From Macrostomum lignano (Eukaryota), in the NCBI GenBank assembly GCA_002269645.1, contig NIVC01001748.1, positions 1 through 64,000 of the forward strand: DNA of 64,000 bases. The letters run 5' to 3'. The notes beneath the pieces were generated by a model. It did no database searches. It had not been told where the DNA came from and saw only the letters and a program-made list of their open reading frames with translations. Shown here piece after piece: positions 8,235-20,838 of the stretch (within the stretch, counting starts at the first letter, position 1; every line of letters starts with the position of its first letter). The position numbers were made by a program, and so were the translations under genes.

Positions 8235-11200
8235 CTGTAAACACCCTAATATAGATTCTGGCGTGGTTCAAATCCTGCAGCATTGATTCGCCTCCGATTC
8301 CAATGGCTCGAATTATTCCTTCAAGCAAGTCTAGAATATCCGTCAGCAGTTTGATCCAGTAGGACACCTCTTTAATAATGCCGTAGAGCACCTGAAATTC
8401 AAGCATTGCAACTGTCGTAATCAGCGATTGATTATTGTTGTACGCAATTGCGTTGAAGGAATTGAATATTTGCAAAGACTCAGTGTTAGAGTCTGAGGGT
8501 CACAATTTAATAATTTTTAGTTGTCATTAGTATCTGCTTGTCCGTTTATGGCGGCCCTAATTAAAAAATTCCTTTTCAGATATTTTGGCTTCTTTCAAAA
8601 AGTAATTAAAGTTCATTTGGGATCATGAATTCTTTTGATATACATATGTATTACTTCTGGACTGAGCTTTATGGCCTCTTCTACATAGACCACATCATTC
8701 ATCAAGTTTGACGCATCATTCATCAAGTTTGACGAATCATTCATCAAGTTTGACGCATCATTCATCAAGTTTGACGCATCATTCATCAAGTTTGACGAAT
8801 CATTAATCAAGTTTGACGCATCATTCATCAAGTTTGACGAATCATTCATCAAGTTTGACGCATCATTCATCAAGTTTGACGCATCATTCATCAAGTTTGA
8901 CGCCTCAGTCATCAAGAATGACGCATCATTCATCAAGTTTGACGCATCATTCATCAAGTTTGACGCATCATTCATCAAGTTTGACGCATCATTCATCAAG
9001 TTTGACGCATCATTCATCAAGTTTGACGCCTCAGTCATCAAGTTTGACGCCTCAGTCATCAAGTTTGACGCATCATTCATCAAGTTTGACGCCTCAGTCA
9101 TCAAGTTTGACGCATCATTCATCAAGTTTGACGCCTCAGTCATCAAGTTTGACGCCTCAGTCATCAAGTTTGACGCATCATTCATCAAGTTTGACGGCTC
9201 ATTCATCAAGAATGACGCCTCAGTCATCAAGTTTGACGCCTCAGTCATCAAGTTTGACGCCTCAGTCATCAAGTTTGACGCATCAGTCATCAAGTTTGAC
9301 GCATCAGTCATCAAGTTTGACGCCTCAGTCATCAAGTTTGACGCCTCAGTCATCAAGTTTGACGCCTCAGTCATCAAGTTTGACGCACCATTCATCAAGT
9401 TTGACGCACCATTCATCAAGTTTGACGCATCATTCATCAAGTTTGACGCATCATTCATCAAGTTTGACGCATCATTCATCAAGTTTGACGCATCATTCAT
9501 CAAGTTTGACGCCTCATTCATCAAGTTTGACGCCTCAGTCATCAAGTTTGACGCATCATTCATCAAGTTTGACGCATCATTCATCAAGTTTGACGCCTCA
9601 GTCATCAAGTTTGACGCACCATTCATCAAGTTTGACGCATCATTCATCAAGTTTGACGCCTCAGTCATCAAGTTTGACGCCTCAGTCATCAAGTTTGACG
9701 CCTCAGTCATCAAGTTTGACGCCTCAGTCATCAAGTTTGACGCCTCAGTCATCAAGTTTGACGCATCATTCATCAAGTTTGACGCATCATTCATCAAGTT
9801 TGACGCACCATTCATCAAGTTTGACGCACCATTCATCAAGTTTGACGCACCATTCATCAAGTTTGACGCATCATTCATCAAGTTTGACGCATCATTAACC
9901 AAGTTTGACGCACCATTCATCAAGTTTGACGCATCATTCATCAAGTTTGACGCACCATTCATCAAGTTTGACGCATCATTCATCAAGTTTGACGCATCAT
10001 TAACCAAGTTTGACGCACCATTCATCAAGTTTGACGCATCATTCATCAAGTTTGACGCATCATTCATCAAGTTTGACGCATCATTAACCAAGTTTGACGC
10101 ATCATTAACCAAGTTTGACGCACCATTCATCAAGTTTGACGCATCATTCATCAAGTTTGACGCCTCAGTCATCAAGTTTGATGCATCATTCATCAAGTTT
10201 GACGCATCATTCATCAAGTTTGACGGCTCATTTATCAAGAATGACGGCTCATTCATCAAGTTTGACGCATCAGTCATCAATTTTGATGCATCAGTCATCA
10301 AGTTTGACGCCTCAGTCATCAATTTTGATGCATCAGTCATCAAGTTTGACGCATCATTAACCAAGTTTGACGCATCATTAACCAAGTTTGACGCACCATT
10401 CGTCAAGTTTGACGCATCAGTCATCAAGTTTGACGCATCAGTCATCAAGTTTGACGCATCATTCATCAAGTTTGATGCATCAGTCATCAAGTTTGACGCA
10501 TCAGTCATCAAGTTTGACGCATCAGTCATCAAGTTTGACGCATCAGTCATCAAGTTTGACGCATCATTCATTAAGTTTGATGCATCAGTCATCAAGTTTG
10601 ACGCATCAGTCATCAAGTTTGATGCATCAGTCATCAAGTTTGACGCATCAGTCATCAAGTTTGATGCATCAGTCATCAAGTTTGACGCATCAGTCATCAA
10701 GTTTGATGCATCAGTCATCAAGTTTGACGCATCAGTCATCAAGTTTGACGCATCAGTCATCAAGTTTGACGCATCAGTCATCAAGTTTGACGCATCAGTC
10801 ATCAAGTTTGATGCATCAGTCATCAAGTTTGACGCCTCGTGCGTCGAATTAATCAATTCTGGAACCATGGTCCGACGTGTCCACTCAGCGAGAATTATCC
10901 GTGAGATCAATAAGTGTGAACTCACCATATAGATCACTATGCCGACAGCAGTATAGGTGCAAATTATTCTTGGCGAATAGCGGAATCCAATTCTTCTTTG
11001 ATAGCTGATGGCTCTCAGGGCTTGCTTGAGCTTTTCTCTGACTGAATTGCTTTGAGCACTGCGTTGACAATTGAATGAAAGGTGAAGTCGGTTCGTAACC
11101 AATTGCTACAGCGTTTCAAGGTCTCGTGGAGCCACCCAAAAAGTAACTAAAAGTTATTTCTATTAATTTTCAGGGCAAACTCACCTGTCTCTACTATCTG

Positions 11201-14200
11201 TCTTGTTAATGAAAAGGTCTCGAACGTACTCCACCTGGTAGACATACTCCAGTCTGGTTACTCTCATTGAGGCATTCTTTCCTAGAATGAGTTGCACCAT
11301 TCGATAGGGGAAGATCGCTGAGAGACCGAGCATGCAGCCGATGCTTGGAAGAAATTTGATCATGATAATGATGTGCGACTCCTGCAAATTGGATGGGGGA
11401 CTTGGCTGTGGGCTTTGATTCGTCAACTTGGTGTTTTAACCTGCTTTTTTAGTTCCATCTGACTGATTTTAGGGAATATCAATGGGTATCAAGGAGCGAA
11501 GTGGTTATCAAGGAATGAGGTGGGGGTGGGTATCAATGAGTGAGGTGGATATCAAATGAGTGAGGTGGATATCAATGAGTGAGGTGGATACCATCAATGA
11601 GTGAGGTGGATATCAATGAGTGAGGTGGATATCAAGTGAGGTGGGTGAGGTGGGTATCAATGAGTGAGGTGGTTATCAATGAGTGGGGTGGATATCAAGT
11701 GAGGTGGGTGAGGTGGATATCAAATGAGTGAGGTGTTTATCAAATGAGTGAGGTGGTTATCAAATGAGTGAGGTGGTTATCAAATGAGTGAGGTGGATAT
11801 CAAATGAAGTGGATATCAAGTGAGGTGGGTGAGGTGGATATCAATGAGTGAGGTGGATATCAAATGAGTGAGGTGGATATCAATGAGTGAGGTGGTTATC
11901 AATGAGTGAGATGGATATCAAATGAGTGAGGTGGATATCAATGAGTGAGGTGGATATCAATGAGTGAGGTGGATACCATCAATGAGTGAGGTGGTTATCA
12001 ATGAGTGAGGTGGATATCAATGAGTGAGGTGGATATCAATGAGTGAGGTGGATATCAATGAGTGATGTGGATATCAATGAGTGAGGTGGATATCAATGAG
12101 TGAGGTGGATATCAAATGAGTGATGTGGATATCAATGAGTGAGGTGGATACCATCAATGAGTGAGGTGGATATCAAATGAGTGATGTGGATATCAATGAG
12201 TGATGTGGATATCAATGAGTGATGTGGATATCAATGAGTGAGGTGGATACCATCAATGAGTGAGGTGGATATCAAATGAGTGAGGTGGATATCAATGAGT
12301 GAGGTGGATATCAATGAGTGAGGTGGATATCAATGAGTGATGTGGATATCAATGAGTGAGGTGGATATCAATGAGTGAGGTGGATATCAATGAGTGAGGT
12401 GGATATCAAATGAGTGATGTGGATATCAATGAGTGATGTGGATATCAATGAGTGAGGTGGATATCAATGAGTGAGGTGGATATCAATGAGTGAGGTGGAT
12501 ATCAATGAGTGAGGTGGATATCAATGAGTGAGGTGGATATCAATGAGTGAGGTGGATATCAATGAGTGATGTGGATATCAATGAGTGATGTGGATATCAA
12601 TGAGTGAGGTGGATATCAATGAGTGAGGTGGATATCAATGAGTGAGGTGGATATCAATGAGTGAGGTGGATATCAATGAGTGATGTGGATATCAATGAGT
12701 GAGGTGGATATCAATGAGTGAGGTGGATATCAATGAGTGAGGTGGATATCAAATGAGTGAGGTGGATATCAATGAGTGAGGTGGTTATCAATGAGTGAGA
12801 CGGATATCAATGAGTGAGGTGGATATCAATGAGTGAGGTGGATATCAAGGCCAGTGTGAAGTGTGGAACGTGATAAAGAGTGAGATGAGCGGTGGAAAAT
12901 CAAAAGTGAATTTTGCATAGAGTTTTCGGCTGGATTCAATGCCAGGCAAATCATGGCAGGAATCTAATGAACTCGCAGCTTAAAAAACGTTGACCAAATC
13001 TGTACTCCTGCACCTGTATCATATTTCCTTTTTATCATTTTTTTGCTTTGATGCAAGGCATAGCAAGAGTTAATTGTAATATAAACATTTATGTAAGCTA
13101 CATTTGCTTTTGGAGAATCGGATTTAAAGAAGGCGTGCAGTGCGTGCTTTCCTAGCAGAAATTATTCCGATCCTAATTAATCTCTGCGATTTTCAAGCTT
13201 CGAGTTTGTGAACAGTGAGCGGACTTTTGGTCCTCATTAAGAAGTTCAGAGAAAGGCAGGGAAAAATCCTACTGAGTAGCTAGCTTTCTTCCAGGTAAAA
13301 AATGTTGATTTCCATTATGTATAATCCCAGGCCTCTCACCAGTGTTAGAGCAGCGCAATCCAGCCAGGCTAATCTCAGAATTGACATAATAGTCAATCCC
13401 CACATGTAGATCGTGCCCATGCCGAAGAACAATATATTTCGTTTCGTAATTGTGATGAATATCGGATACATTATCACGCAGTAGAGACAGATTTCGCTTA
13501 TTCGATACAGAACTGAAAAAAGCGAAGGATAATAAGATAATAAGCCTGATCATCGTACCGAAAAAAGCCTTGGCTGGCGAGGATTTGGTCAACTCCACAT
13601 CATTCTCTCACCCTCCTATCGTCTCTTATTGGCTGGCGAGGATTTGCCCAACTCATCCACCATTTTTTTACCCTCCTATCGTCTCTTATTGGCTGGCGAG
13701 GATTTGCCCAACTCATCCACCATTTTTTTACCCTCCTATCGTCTCTTATTGGCTGGCGAGGACTTTACCAACCATCACCATTCTCTTACCCTCCTATCGT
13801 CTCTTATTGGCTGGCGAGGACTTTTCCAACCATCACCATTCTCTTACCCTCCTATCGTCTCTTATTGGCTGGCGAGGAATTGCCCAACTTCCCCAACATT
13901 CTCTTACCCTCCTATTATCTCTTATTGACTGGTGAGGACTTCCCTAACCCTTACCATTCTCTAGGACTTGACTATGCTCTCATGAGCATGCCGTACTCAC
14001 CGTGAAGAAACTTGAACTGACCCTCAGGCCGGCTAGTGATGTACCGCTTGTAAAGATCGCTGTCTCCAAAGAGCAGATCGTGGCACAGCTGAGCGGCGAT
14101 ACCAAATGCCAAAGCGTAGGAAAATCGGAAGCTTCGATCCTCCAGAATGTTCATGGGACTATCGAATAAAAAATGGTCATTTGTATTGGTGGATGCTGTA

Positions 14201-17200
14201 CAGATTATGTTGGCCGCGCACGGGATCGAATCAAATCGAATTACGAGCTAACAAAGCGACTGGTTTCTTTAGGATTCTAAAAAATGTTTTTACTTCAAAG
14301 TACGCGCTATCCCACTAAGTTCATCAGTTACTAAAGCAAGCAGCAGAGCACTGACTCAGACTGGCTACTCACTGGGCTAGTCCAGGCCGGCCACTGAGAA
14401 AATCTGGCAGAAACCGCTTCCGTCTCATGGAGCAGCAGGCCATAATTAGCATTATTACCTGGTTTTGATGAGTAGTAGGCGGAGAGATGAAATGCATGTT
14501 AACAATCGTCAGATTTACTGACGGCTGGAAACATGGGCATATGCTTCTAAGAATACTTTGGAACTTTCAACTTTTTTATCACTCTGTCTCTGCCACTCTG
14601 TCTCTGTCACTCTGTCTCTGTCACTCTGTCTCTGTCACTCTGTCTCTGTCACTCTGTCTCTGTCACTCTGTCTCTGTCACTCTGTCCCTGTCACTGTCTC
14701 TGTCACTCTGTCACACTGTCACTCTATCTCTGTCACTCTGTCTCTATTACTCTGTCTCTGTCACTCTGTCTCTGTCACTCTGTCTCTGTCACTCTGTCTC
14801 TGTCACTCTGTCTCTGTCACTCTGTCTCTGTCACTCTGTCTCTGTCAGTCTGTCTCTGTCACTCTGTCACTGTCACTCTGTCTCTGTCACTCTGTCACTG
14901 TCACTCTGTCTCTGTCACTCTGTCTCTGTCACTCTGTCTCTGTCACTCTGTCTCTGTCACTCTGTCTCTGTCACTCTGTCTCTGTCACTCTGTCTCTGTC
15001 ACTCTGTCTCTGTCACTCTGTCTCTGTCACTCTGTCTCTGTCACTCTGTCTCTGTCACTCTGTCTCTGTCAGTCTGTCTCTGTCACTCTGTCACTGTCAC
15101 TCTGTCTCTGTCACTCTGTCTCTGTCACTCTGTCTCTGTCACTCTGTCTCTGTCAGTCTGTCTCTGTCACTCTGTCTCTGTCACTCTGTCACTGTCACTC
15201 TGTCTCTGTCACTCTGTCTCTGTCACTCTGTCTCTGTCACTCTGTCTCTGTCACTCTGTCTCTGTCACTCTGTCACTGTCACTCTGTCTCTGTCACTCTG
15301 TCTCTGTCATTTTAAACGTATCAGTCGGTCGCTATGAAAATATTGTTCAGTTAAAAAACTTTAGGGAAAATATTTCGATCCAAAAATCTTGAAGAATGCA
15401 CGAAGAAACCTCACAGAGGAGTTGAGATATCGATTGTATAAAAAATACATTCTACTAGAACATATTCCATAACTTTCTTCGTGACGCAAAAAGGAAGGGG
15501 CATGGTTCTGAATATGTTCTCTTGAAGTTTAAATTTTCCACAAGTTTTTTTCTTCTTCTATAGCTTCTTCCGCAGCAACAGCGGACAATCAAACGCCGGG
15601 CAAATATCGTTTCCGCTGCTTGTGCAGCATTGAGCACTGCTCAGTTTCCCTTTGCCATTTCCTGCAGCCGCGGCGAGGGAGGGGGCGAGGAGGCGAGGGC
15701 GGGGGGAGGGATCAGAAGCCTCCCACGTACCGTGATGACTAATTTTAGGCAGAACCAGATCGAGAGATTTTTGCCTATAAATTACTCAACTCTGATTGCA
15801 AAAATTGCGAAAAAATATTCATCTGAGTCTTTGAGAGCATAAACTCATTTCGGATGTATAATTCTAACGAGACGCACGTCATTCAGACGTGGTAATTAAT
15901 GGGCTTGTCGTCTCATCTTTGATTCTGATCAACCCTCTCCGTCTTTTATTATCTTTGTGCCGCTTTTTGATCATCCGCAATCGTTTCGTTCCTGCTAGCT
16001 GCCTCCGTCTCTGCGCATCCTGCTTCTCCCTTGCTCCCTCTCACCTCCTGCCTACCTCTAACCCTACGTCTATCTCTCTATCCGTCTCCCTCTCACCTCC
16101 TGTTTCCTTCTCTCACCAGCAGTCTACCTCCCATCTCACTCTCTTACCCTCTATCTACCTCTCTCACCCTTCGTCTCACCCCCACCCTCCGTCTCACTCT
16201 CACCCTCCGTCTCACTCTCACCTCCTGTTTCTTTCTCTCACCAGCAGTCTACCTCCCATCTCACTCCCTTACCCTCTATCTACCTCTCTCACCCTTCGTC
16301 TCACCCTCACCCTCCGTCTCACTCTCTTACCCTCTACCTACCTCTCTCACCCTTTGTCTCACCCTCACCCTCCGTCTCACTCTCTTACCCTCTATCTACC
16401 TCTCTCACCCTTCGTCTCACCCTCACCCTCCGTCTCACTCTCTTACCCTCTATCTACCTCTCTCACCCTTCGTCTCACCCTCACCCTCCGTCTCACTCTC
16501 TTACCCTCTATCTACCTCTCTCACCCTCCGTCTCACCCTCACCCTCCGTCTCACTCTCACCCTCCGTTTCACTCTCACCCTCCGTCTCACTCTCACCCTC
16601 CGTTTCACTCTCACCCTCCGTCTCACTCTCACCCTCCGTCTCACTCTCACCTTCATCCTCACTCTCACCCTCCATCTCACTCTCACCCTCCGTCTCACTC
16701 TCACCTCCTGTCTCCCTCCCTCCACCAGCAGTCTACCTCTTTCAAATCCCATCTCACTCTCACCCGTCTACCCTCTACCTCTCGCACTTCCCATCGCCCT
16801 CTCCTAGTCTCCATCTCCCTTTCTCATCCCATTTTGTACTCTCAATTCAAGTTTGTCTTGGCCACAGCACTTTTCTCGCCGATGCGTGGGAGGCAGAGCT
16901 GCATAGCAATTCCAGCTATCCGAGACTTGTTAAATCCCCCCTGTGGCCTCAGCTAACCTACCGTCTGCAGAACGGGGATAATCCTCTAATGCGCTCTACC
17001 GGTACTTAAATTTCACACTGAGGATTAAAACCATTAGCTGATGGTTTAGTAATAAGCGAACAATTACTTGTAGAGTAGAGATATTTGAGTTCACTCACGG
17101 CTGGGACCAGAGCGTACTCGTACACCAGTATGATGTTGATTTTATCCGTACAGATGTCGGTAGCGTTAAGCTTGGTTCGTTGCAGTTGCAGCTGAATTCT

Positions 17201-17269
17201 GATCATGTCCCACAGACCATTCATTGGCTCACCCGATGCCCACATCTGTTGGACTTCCGGGTCATCTGA
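8235..17269 (-). CDS. STRA6-like: STRA6-like (retinol-binding-protein receptor family) membrane protein, N-terminal ~373 aa. Exons: 17269-17099, 14458-14373, 14158-14001, 13512-13340, 11426-11185, 11058-10926, 8391-8235. Possible first exon 17893-17858 (MHETEFEEQLAR)
   Basis: All junctions are GT/AG and phase-consistent. Family motifs: C..K....YEYALVPAV, GRPGLAHPMNILEDRSFRFSYALAFG, YPIFITIT...GMGTIYMW, FLPSIGC..L..FP, YQVEYVRDL, GFRYSPRIICT. The last visible exon ends in phase 1 and no next exon is seen in the window. Confidence 0.85.
8692..10836. repeat. 21-bp minisatellite (~102 copies), stop-free on the minus strand as heptad DASNLM(N/T)
   Basis: Unit CATCA(T/G)TCATCAAGTTTGACG. It accounts for track ORF 8613-11102, and no frame-breaking indel interrupts that ORF. 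Confidence 0.97.
11530..12850. repeat. ~19-bp minisatellite, intronic
   Basis: Unit GATATCAATGAGTGAGGTG, with occasional +A and +CCAT variants. Confidence 0.95.
13570..13950. repeat. ~58-60-bp tandem repeat (~6 copies)
   Basis: TTGGCTGGCGAGGA...CCCTCCTATCGTCTCTTA is repeated. Confidence 0.9.
14580..15310. repeat. 14-bp/6-bp simple repeat (TCTCTGTCACTCTG)n
   Basis: Visible directly; generates the false SLCLCH ORFs. Confidence 0.95.
16030..16810. repeat. CT-rich degenerate tandem repeat
   Basis: CTCACCCTCCGTCTCACT-type units. Confidence 0.9.
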
Positions 17270-17299
17270 CTGAAATGCGGTGGTCACAATTTCGATTAT

Positions 17300-17715
17300 T
17301 GCAACAGTAAGAATGTGACAGACAATGGTCACAGTCACAGTAAGAATGTGACAGACAATGCCAGTAAGAACGTATCAGAATTTGACAGACAATGCCAGTA
17401 AGAACGTATCAGAATGTGACAGACAATGCCAGTAATAACGCATTAGAATGTGACAGACAATGCCAGTAATAACGCATTAGAATGTGACAGACAATGCCAG
17501 TAAGAATGTGTCAGAATGTGACAGACAATGCCATTAACAATGTGGGCAGAATGTGACAGACAATGCCATTAAGAATGTGGGCAGAATGTGACAGACAATG
17601 CCATTAAGAATGTGGGCAGAATGTGACAGACAATGCCATTAAGAATGTGGGCAGAATGTGACAGACAATGCCATTAAGAATGTGGGCAGAATGTGACAGA
17701 CAATGCCAGTAAGAA
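17300..17715. repeat. 35-bp minisatellite
   Basis: Unit CAGACAATGCCA(G/T)TAAGAATGTGGGCAGAATGTGA. Confidence 0.92.
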
Positions 17716-18459
17716 TAGGTCATAAATGACTATGAACATCGGAGAAACGAAAAAGAGCATTATTTTAAAGACAATTTTCGGAGTTTGTTACTGGTATTGC
17801 TTCAGTCTGATGTTGGCCTGGTGCAGAATGAACAGCAAATCAGAGCATTCAACTCACCCGAGCCAGCTGCTCTTCAAATTCGGTCTCATGCATCTGTTCA
17901 ATACTTGTTGATTCGTCCGTGTCAAAGCAAAAATCTTTTTGTCTACAGCAGCTGCGCGGGTTAGAAAGTGCAAAACAGACCAAGATATACTCAGTGGAGC
18001 CATTCGACTCTTTGGCTTTCGAGAATTTAGCCAAATTGCAAAAAGCTGACAAAACTGATAAAGCAAAACCAACTCACAGAGTCCAAATTTCTCTTCCGTT
18101 GCTGTCGACTTTTCAGTGTTAACTTTTCGCTGCAGACAGATAACGGATCGCGAGCGCATTTGCACGCAAGATGGGCGCGTGTGTACATTCTCTAACTGAA
18201 GTGCAGAGTTTAAAGAGCATACGGTGCTCATGACAAAACTCTGGCGCAATGCGATACACAAACTGCTATATGATCGCAGGTATTCGAGCAATAAATTTGA
18301 GTATAGTAACCAAAAGCGTAATGATGTCGTCAAAAATGAAGTCGTTTTAGAAAGGGCGTAAAACTGTCCATTTCTAAGTAGTATCTCTATTTATTCCACG
18401 CCTTGTGAAAGAATTGAACTTCAGTCTAGTCTGGAAAATCGCGTGCTTGGCGCGGCTCA

Positions 18460-18910
18460 AGGTCATTTGCATTCAAGAAGTAAACGTCACGCGATCGTCA
18501 CGTGGTGATTCAAGGTCATCTGCATTCAAGAGGCAAAAGTCACGCGATCGTCGCGTGGTGATTCAAGGTTATCTCTATTCATGAAGTAAACGTCATGCGA
18601 TCGTCGCGTGGTGATTCAAGGTCATCTGCATTCAAGAGGCAAAAGTCACGCGATCGTCGCGTGGTGATTCAAGGTCATCTGCATTCAAGAGGCAAAAGTC
18701 ACGCGATCGTCGCGTGGTGATTCAAGGTCGTCTGCATTCAAGAGGCAAAAGTCACGCGATCGTCGCGTGGTGATTCAAGGTCATCTCCATTCAAGAAGTA
18801 AACGTCACGTGATCGTCGCGTGGTGATTCAAGGTCATATGCATTCAAGAAGCAAACGTCACGTAATCGTTGCGTGGTGATTCAGGGTCATCTGCGCTCAA
18901 GAAGCAAACG
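18460..18910. repeat. 53-bp CpG-rich tandem repeat (~8 copies) with an internal palindrome
   Basis: Unit GATTCAAGGTCATCTGCATTCAAGAGGCAAAAGTCACGCGATCGTCGCGTGGT. CACGCGA/TCGCGTG forms a 7-bp stem. Confidence 0.93.
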
Positions 18911-19604
18911 TTAAATATGCGACACGTGCTATGCGCGCGACTTTTTATCTGTTTAATGTTTGCTTATTAAATGCCACGTGCAAAAGAGTTTAGAGGTAAA
19001 TATTTATCCTATGACTTCTATTCATACACTTAAAACAAAGTGATAACTGCACCTAAAAGTGGAAAAATATTAAACCTCTATTGTTTATTTCGAATCAGAT
19101 GGGTGATGGATAATGGAATGCCAGAAAGAAAAAAGAAATCAGCCTCATCGAATTGCAAATTAGCACGATCATAGCTCGGCGCCTCAGCTATTGAAGCCGC
19201 TGCTCCTCAGAACCCGTCCTACGTTCAGAAAGGATTTTTTTAGCTCAAAACCTATTTATTCCAGAAAATTTCTTAGCCCTTCATGCTCAAACCCGAGGCG
19301 GCGGCAGTTCACACCGGAGGTGCATGCAAATAGCCTATATTGGCTTCCACCGAGGGCGGAAAATCGAATATTGCGTAGGAGGACAAATCCTGTGCATTAG
19401 CTGTGTTTGTCTCACTGATACCTGCGAGAGAGGTTCGCAGTGGGTGTCTCAGCTGCCAAGGAAATGAATTGAATGTTTAGAAAAAGTTCTAACCTTTTTT
19501 TAGGAAGCATAAACTTGAATCCCTATCTGTAATTTAACGGTTGAATTCCTCGAAATGGATTTTAGGATTAGTAGTGGTAGCTTAGAATCACTTTTTGATC
19601 ACAG

Positions 19605-19965
19605 AAACCACAGCTTCCTAGAATCACTTTTAGCTTCCTGGAATCACTCTTATCTTCCTAGAATCACTCTTAGCTTCCTAGAATCACTCTTAGCTTCCTA
19701 GAATCACTCTTATCTTCCTAGAATCACTCTTAGCTTCCTAGAATCACTCTTAGCTTCCTGGAATCACTCTTATCTTCCTAGAATCACTCTTAGCTTCCTA
19801 GAATCACTCTTAGCTTCCTAGAATCACTCTTAGCTTCCTGGAATCACTCTTATCTTCCTAGAATCACTCTTAGCTTCCTAGAATCACTCTTAGCTTCCTA
19901 GAATCACTCTTAGCTTCCTGGAATCACTCTTATCTTCCTAGAATCACTCTTAGCTTCCTAGAATC
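19605..19965. repeat. 20-bp minisatellite (~18 copies)
   Basis: Unit CTTAGCTTCCTAGAATCACT. Confidence 0.95.
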
Positions 19966-20237
19966 ACCGCCACCTTGGATTGGCACGAGTTCTCTACCTA
20001 ACTTTATATCGCCAACGAAAAAGTACAAAAAATAAGTGCAAAGAAAAGTTAAAATCATTTTCAACAGTGTTCTCCATTTTAATTGCCATCGGTACAAATC
20101 GCAAACAAAAAGATATCTCCTGAATTCTGCCAACTCAACAGCAGTAAAAATCTCCCATAGGCTGCATCTGTCCCACTGCTCAAATGAAAACGCACTTCTC
20201 ACGGCTATACGAGCCTGCTATTGGTTGCTATGCAGGC

Positions 20238-20245
20238 TATAAAAG
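20238..20245 (+). promoter_or_regulatory. TATA box of the neuropeptide precursor gene; probable 5'-UTR intron at 20378-20469
   Basis: TATAAAAG at 20238-20245, with ATTGG (reverse CCAAT) ~15 nt upstream. AG|GTAAGT donor at 20378 and AACCAG acceptor at 20469, both before ATG 20515. Confidence 0.6.
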
Positions 20246-20514
20246 CTGCGCCCACACCCGCGGGGGTGGCGCCTTCCCAGTTCGCTGCTGCCGCCGCACA
20301 TCCAAGCGAGATCCCACGCCTACGCACCACCCGTGCCGGCACTTCAAATCTGCATTTGAATAGTTGGCGCTCTAGAGGTAAGTCAGCTAGGGCTTCAATA
20401 TATCATATTAATTCTCTTTAATTGATTGATTTCAAATTTCTTGAGAAAAGATTATCCAATTCAAACCAGGCAGACAATTGTTTTGTAACCGAGAGAACAG
20501 CCCAGTGACACAAT

Positions 20515-20838
20515 ATGCGCACCTGGCAAGCTCTACTAATCTGCATCCTGGTGGCAGTCGCAGCCGCCGTGCCCGCCTCTCCGGTTTTGAGCGAAGATCG
20601 TCCGGACAGTCGGGACAACCAGCAGCAGCTGCTGCTCCACCGGCGGAAACGCCAAACCGACGCTTGGAACGGTCACGAGATCTACTTCCCGTTCTTTGGG
20701 AAACGTTTCCACCAGCTGCGGGTCAAGGACGTCGAGTACAAGAAGAGCAAGGACTACGTTAGAATTGACGATTTGGACAAGTTGAAGAAGAAACGGCTGT
20801 CTGCGGCTTGGTTGAACCAACTAGACAAGTTAGACTGA
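20515..20838 (+). CDS. Secreted neuropeptide prohormone (107 aa); predicted pGlu-TDAWNGHEIYFPFF-amide
   Basis: Signal peptide MRTWQALLICILVAVAAA, acidic/Gln spacer, RRKR furin-type site, QTDAWNGHEIYFPFF-G-KR amidation signal, and a later KKKR site. Codon usage is GC-rich like the other host exons. Confidence 0.85.
   Translation: MRTWQALLICILVAVAAAVPASPVLSEDRPDSRDNQQQLLLHRRKRQTDAWNGHEIYFPFFGKRFHQLRVKDVEYKKSKDYVRIDDLDKLKKKRLSAAWLNQLDKLD

Noticed and set aside
8813-10852. Plus-strand THHSSSL repeat ORFs
   Set aside because: They are the antisense reading of the 21-bp array, broken by stops, with no start or splice support.
15455-16030. GC-rich patch and short basic ORFs in a STRA6-like intron
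   Set aside because: The flanking exons already join in phase and no family motif was recognised.
18460-18910. CRISPR-like palindromic direct repeats
   Set aside because: There are no unique spacers (the whole 53-bp unit repeats), no cas genes, and the context is eukaryotic.
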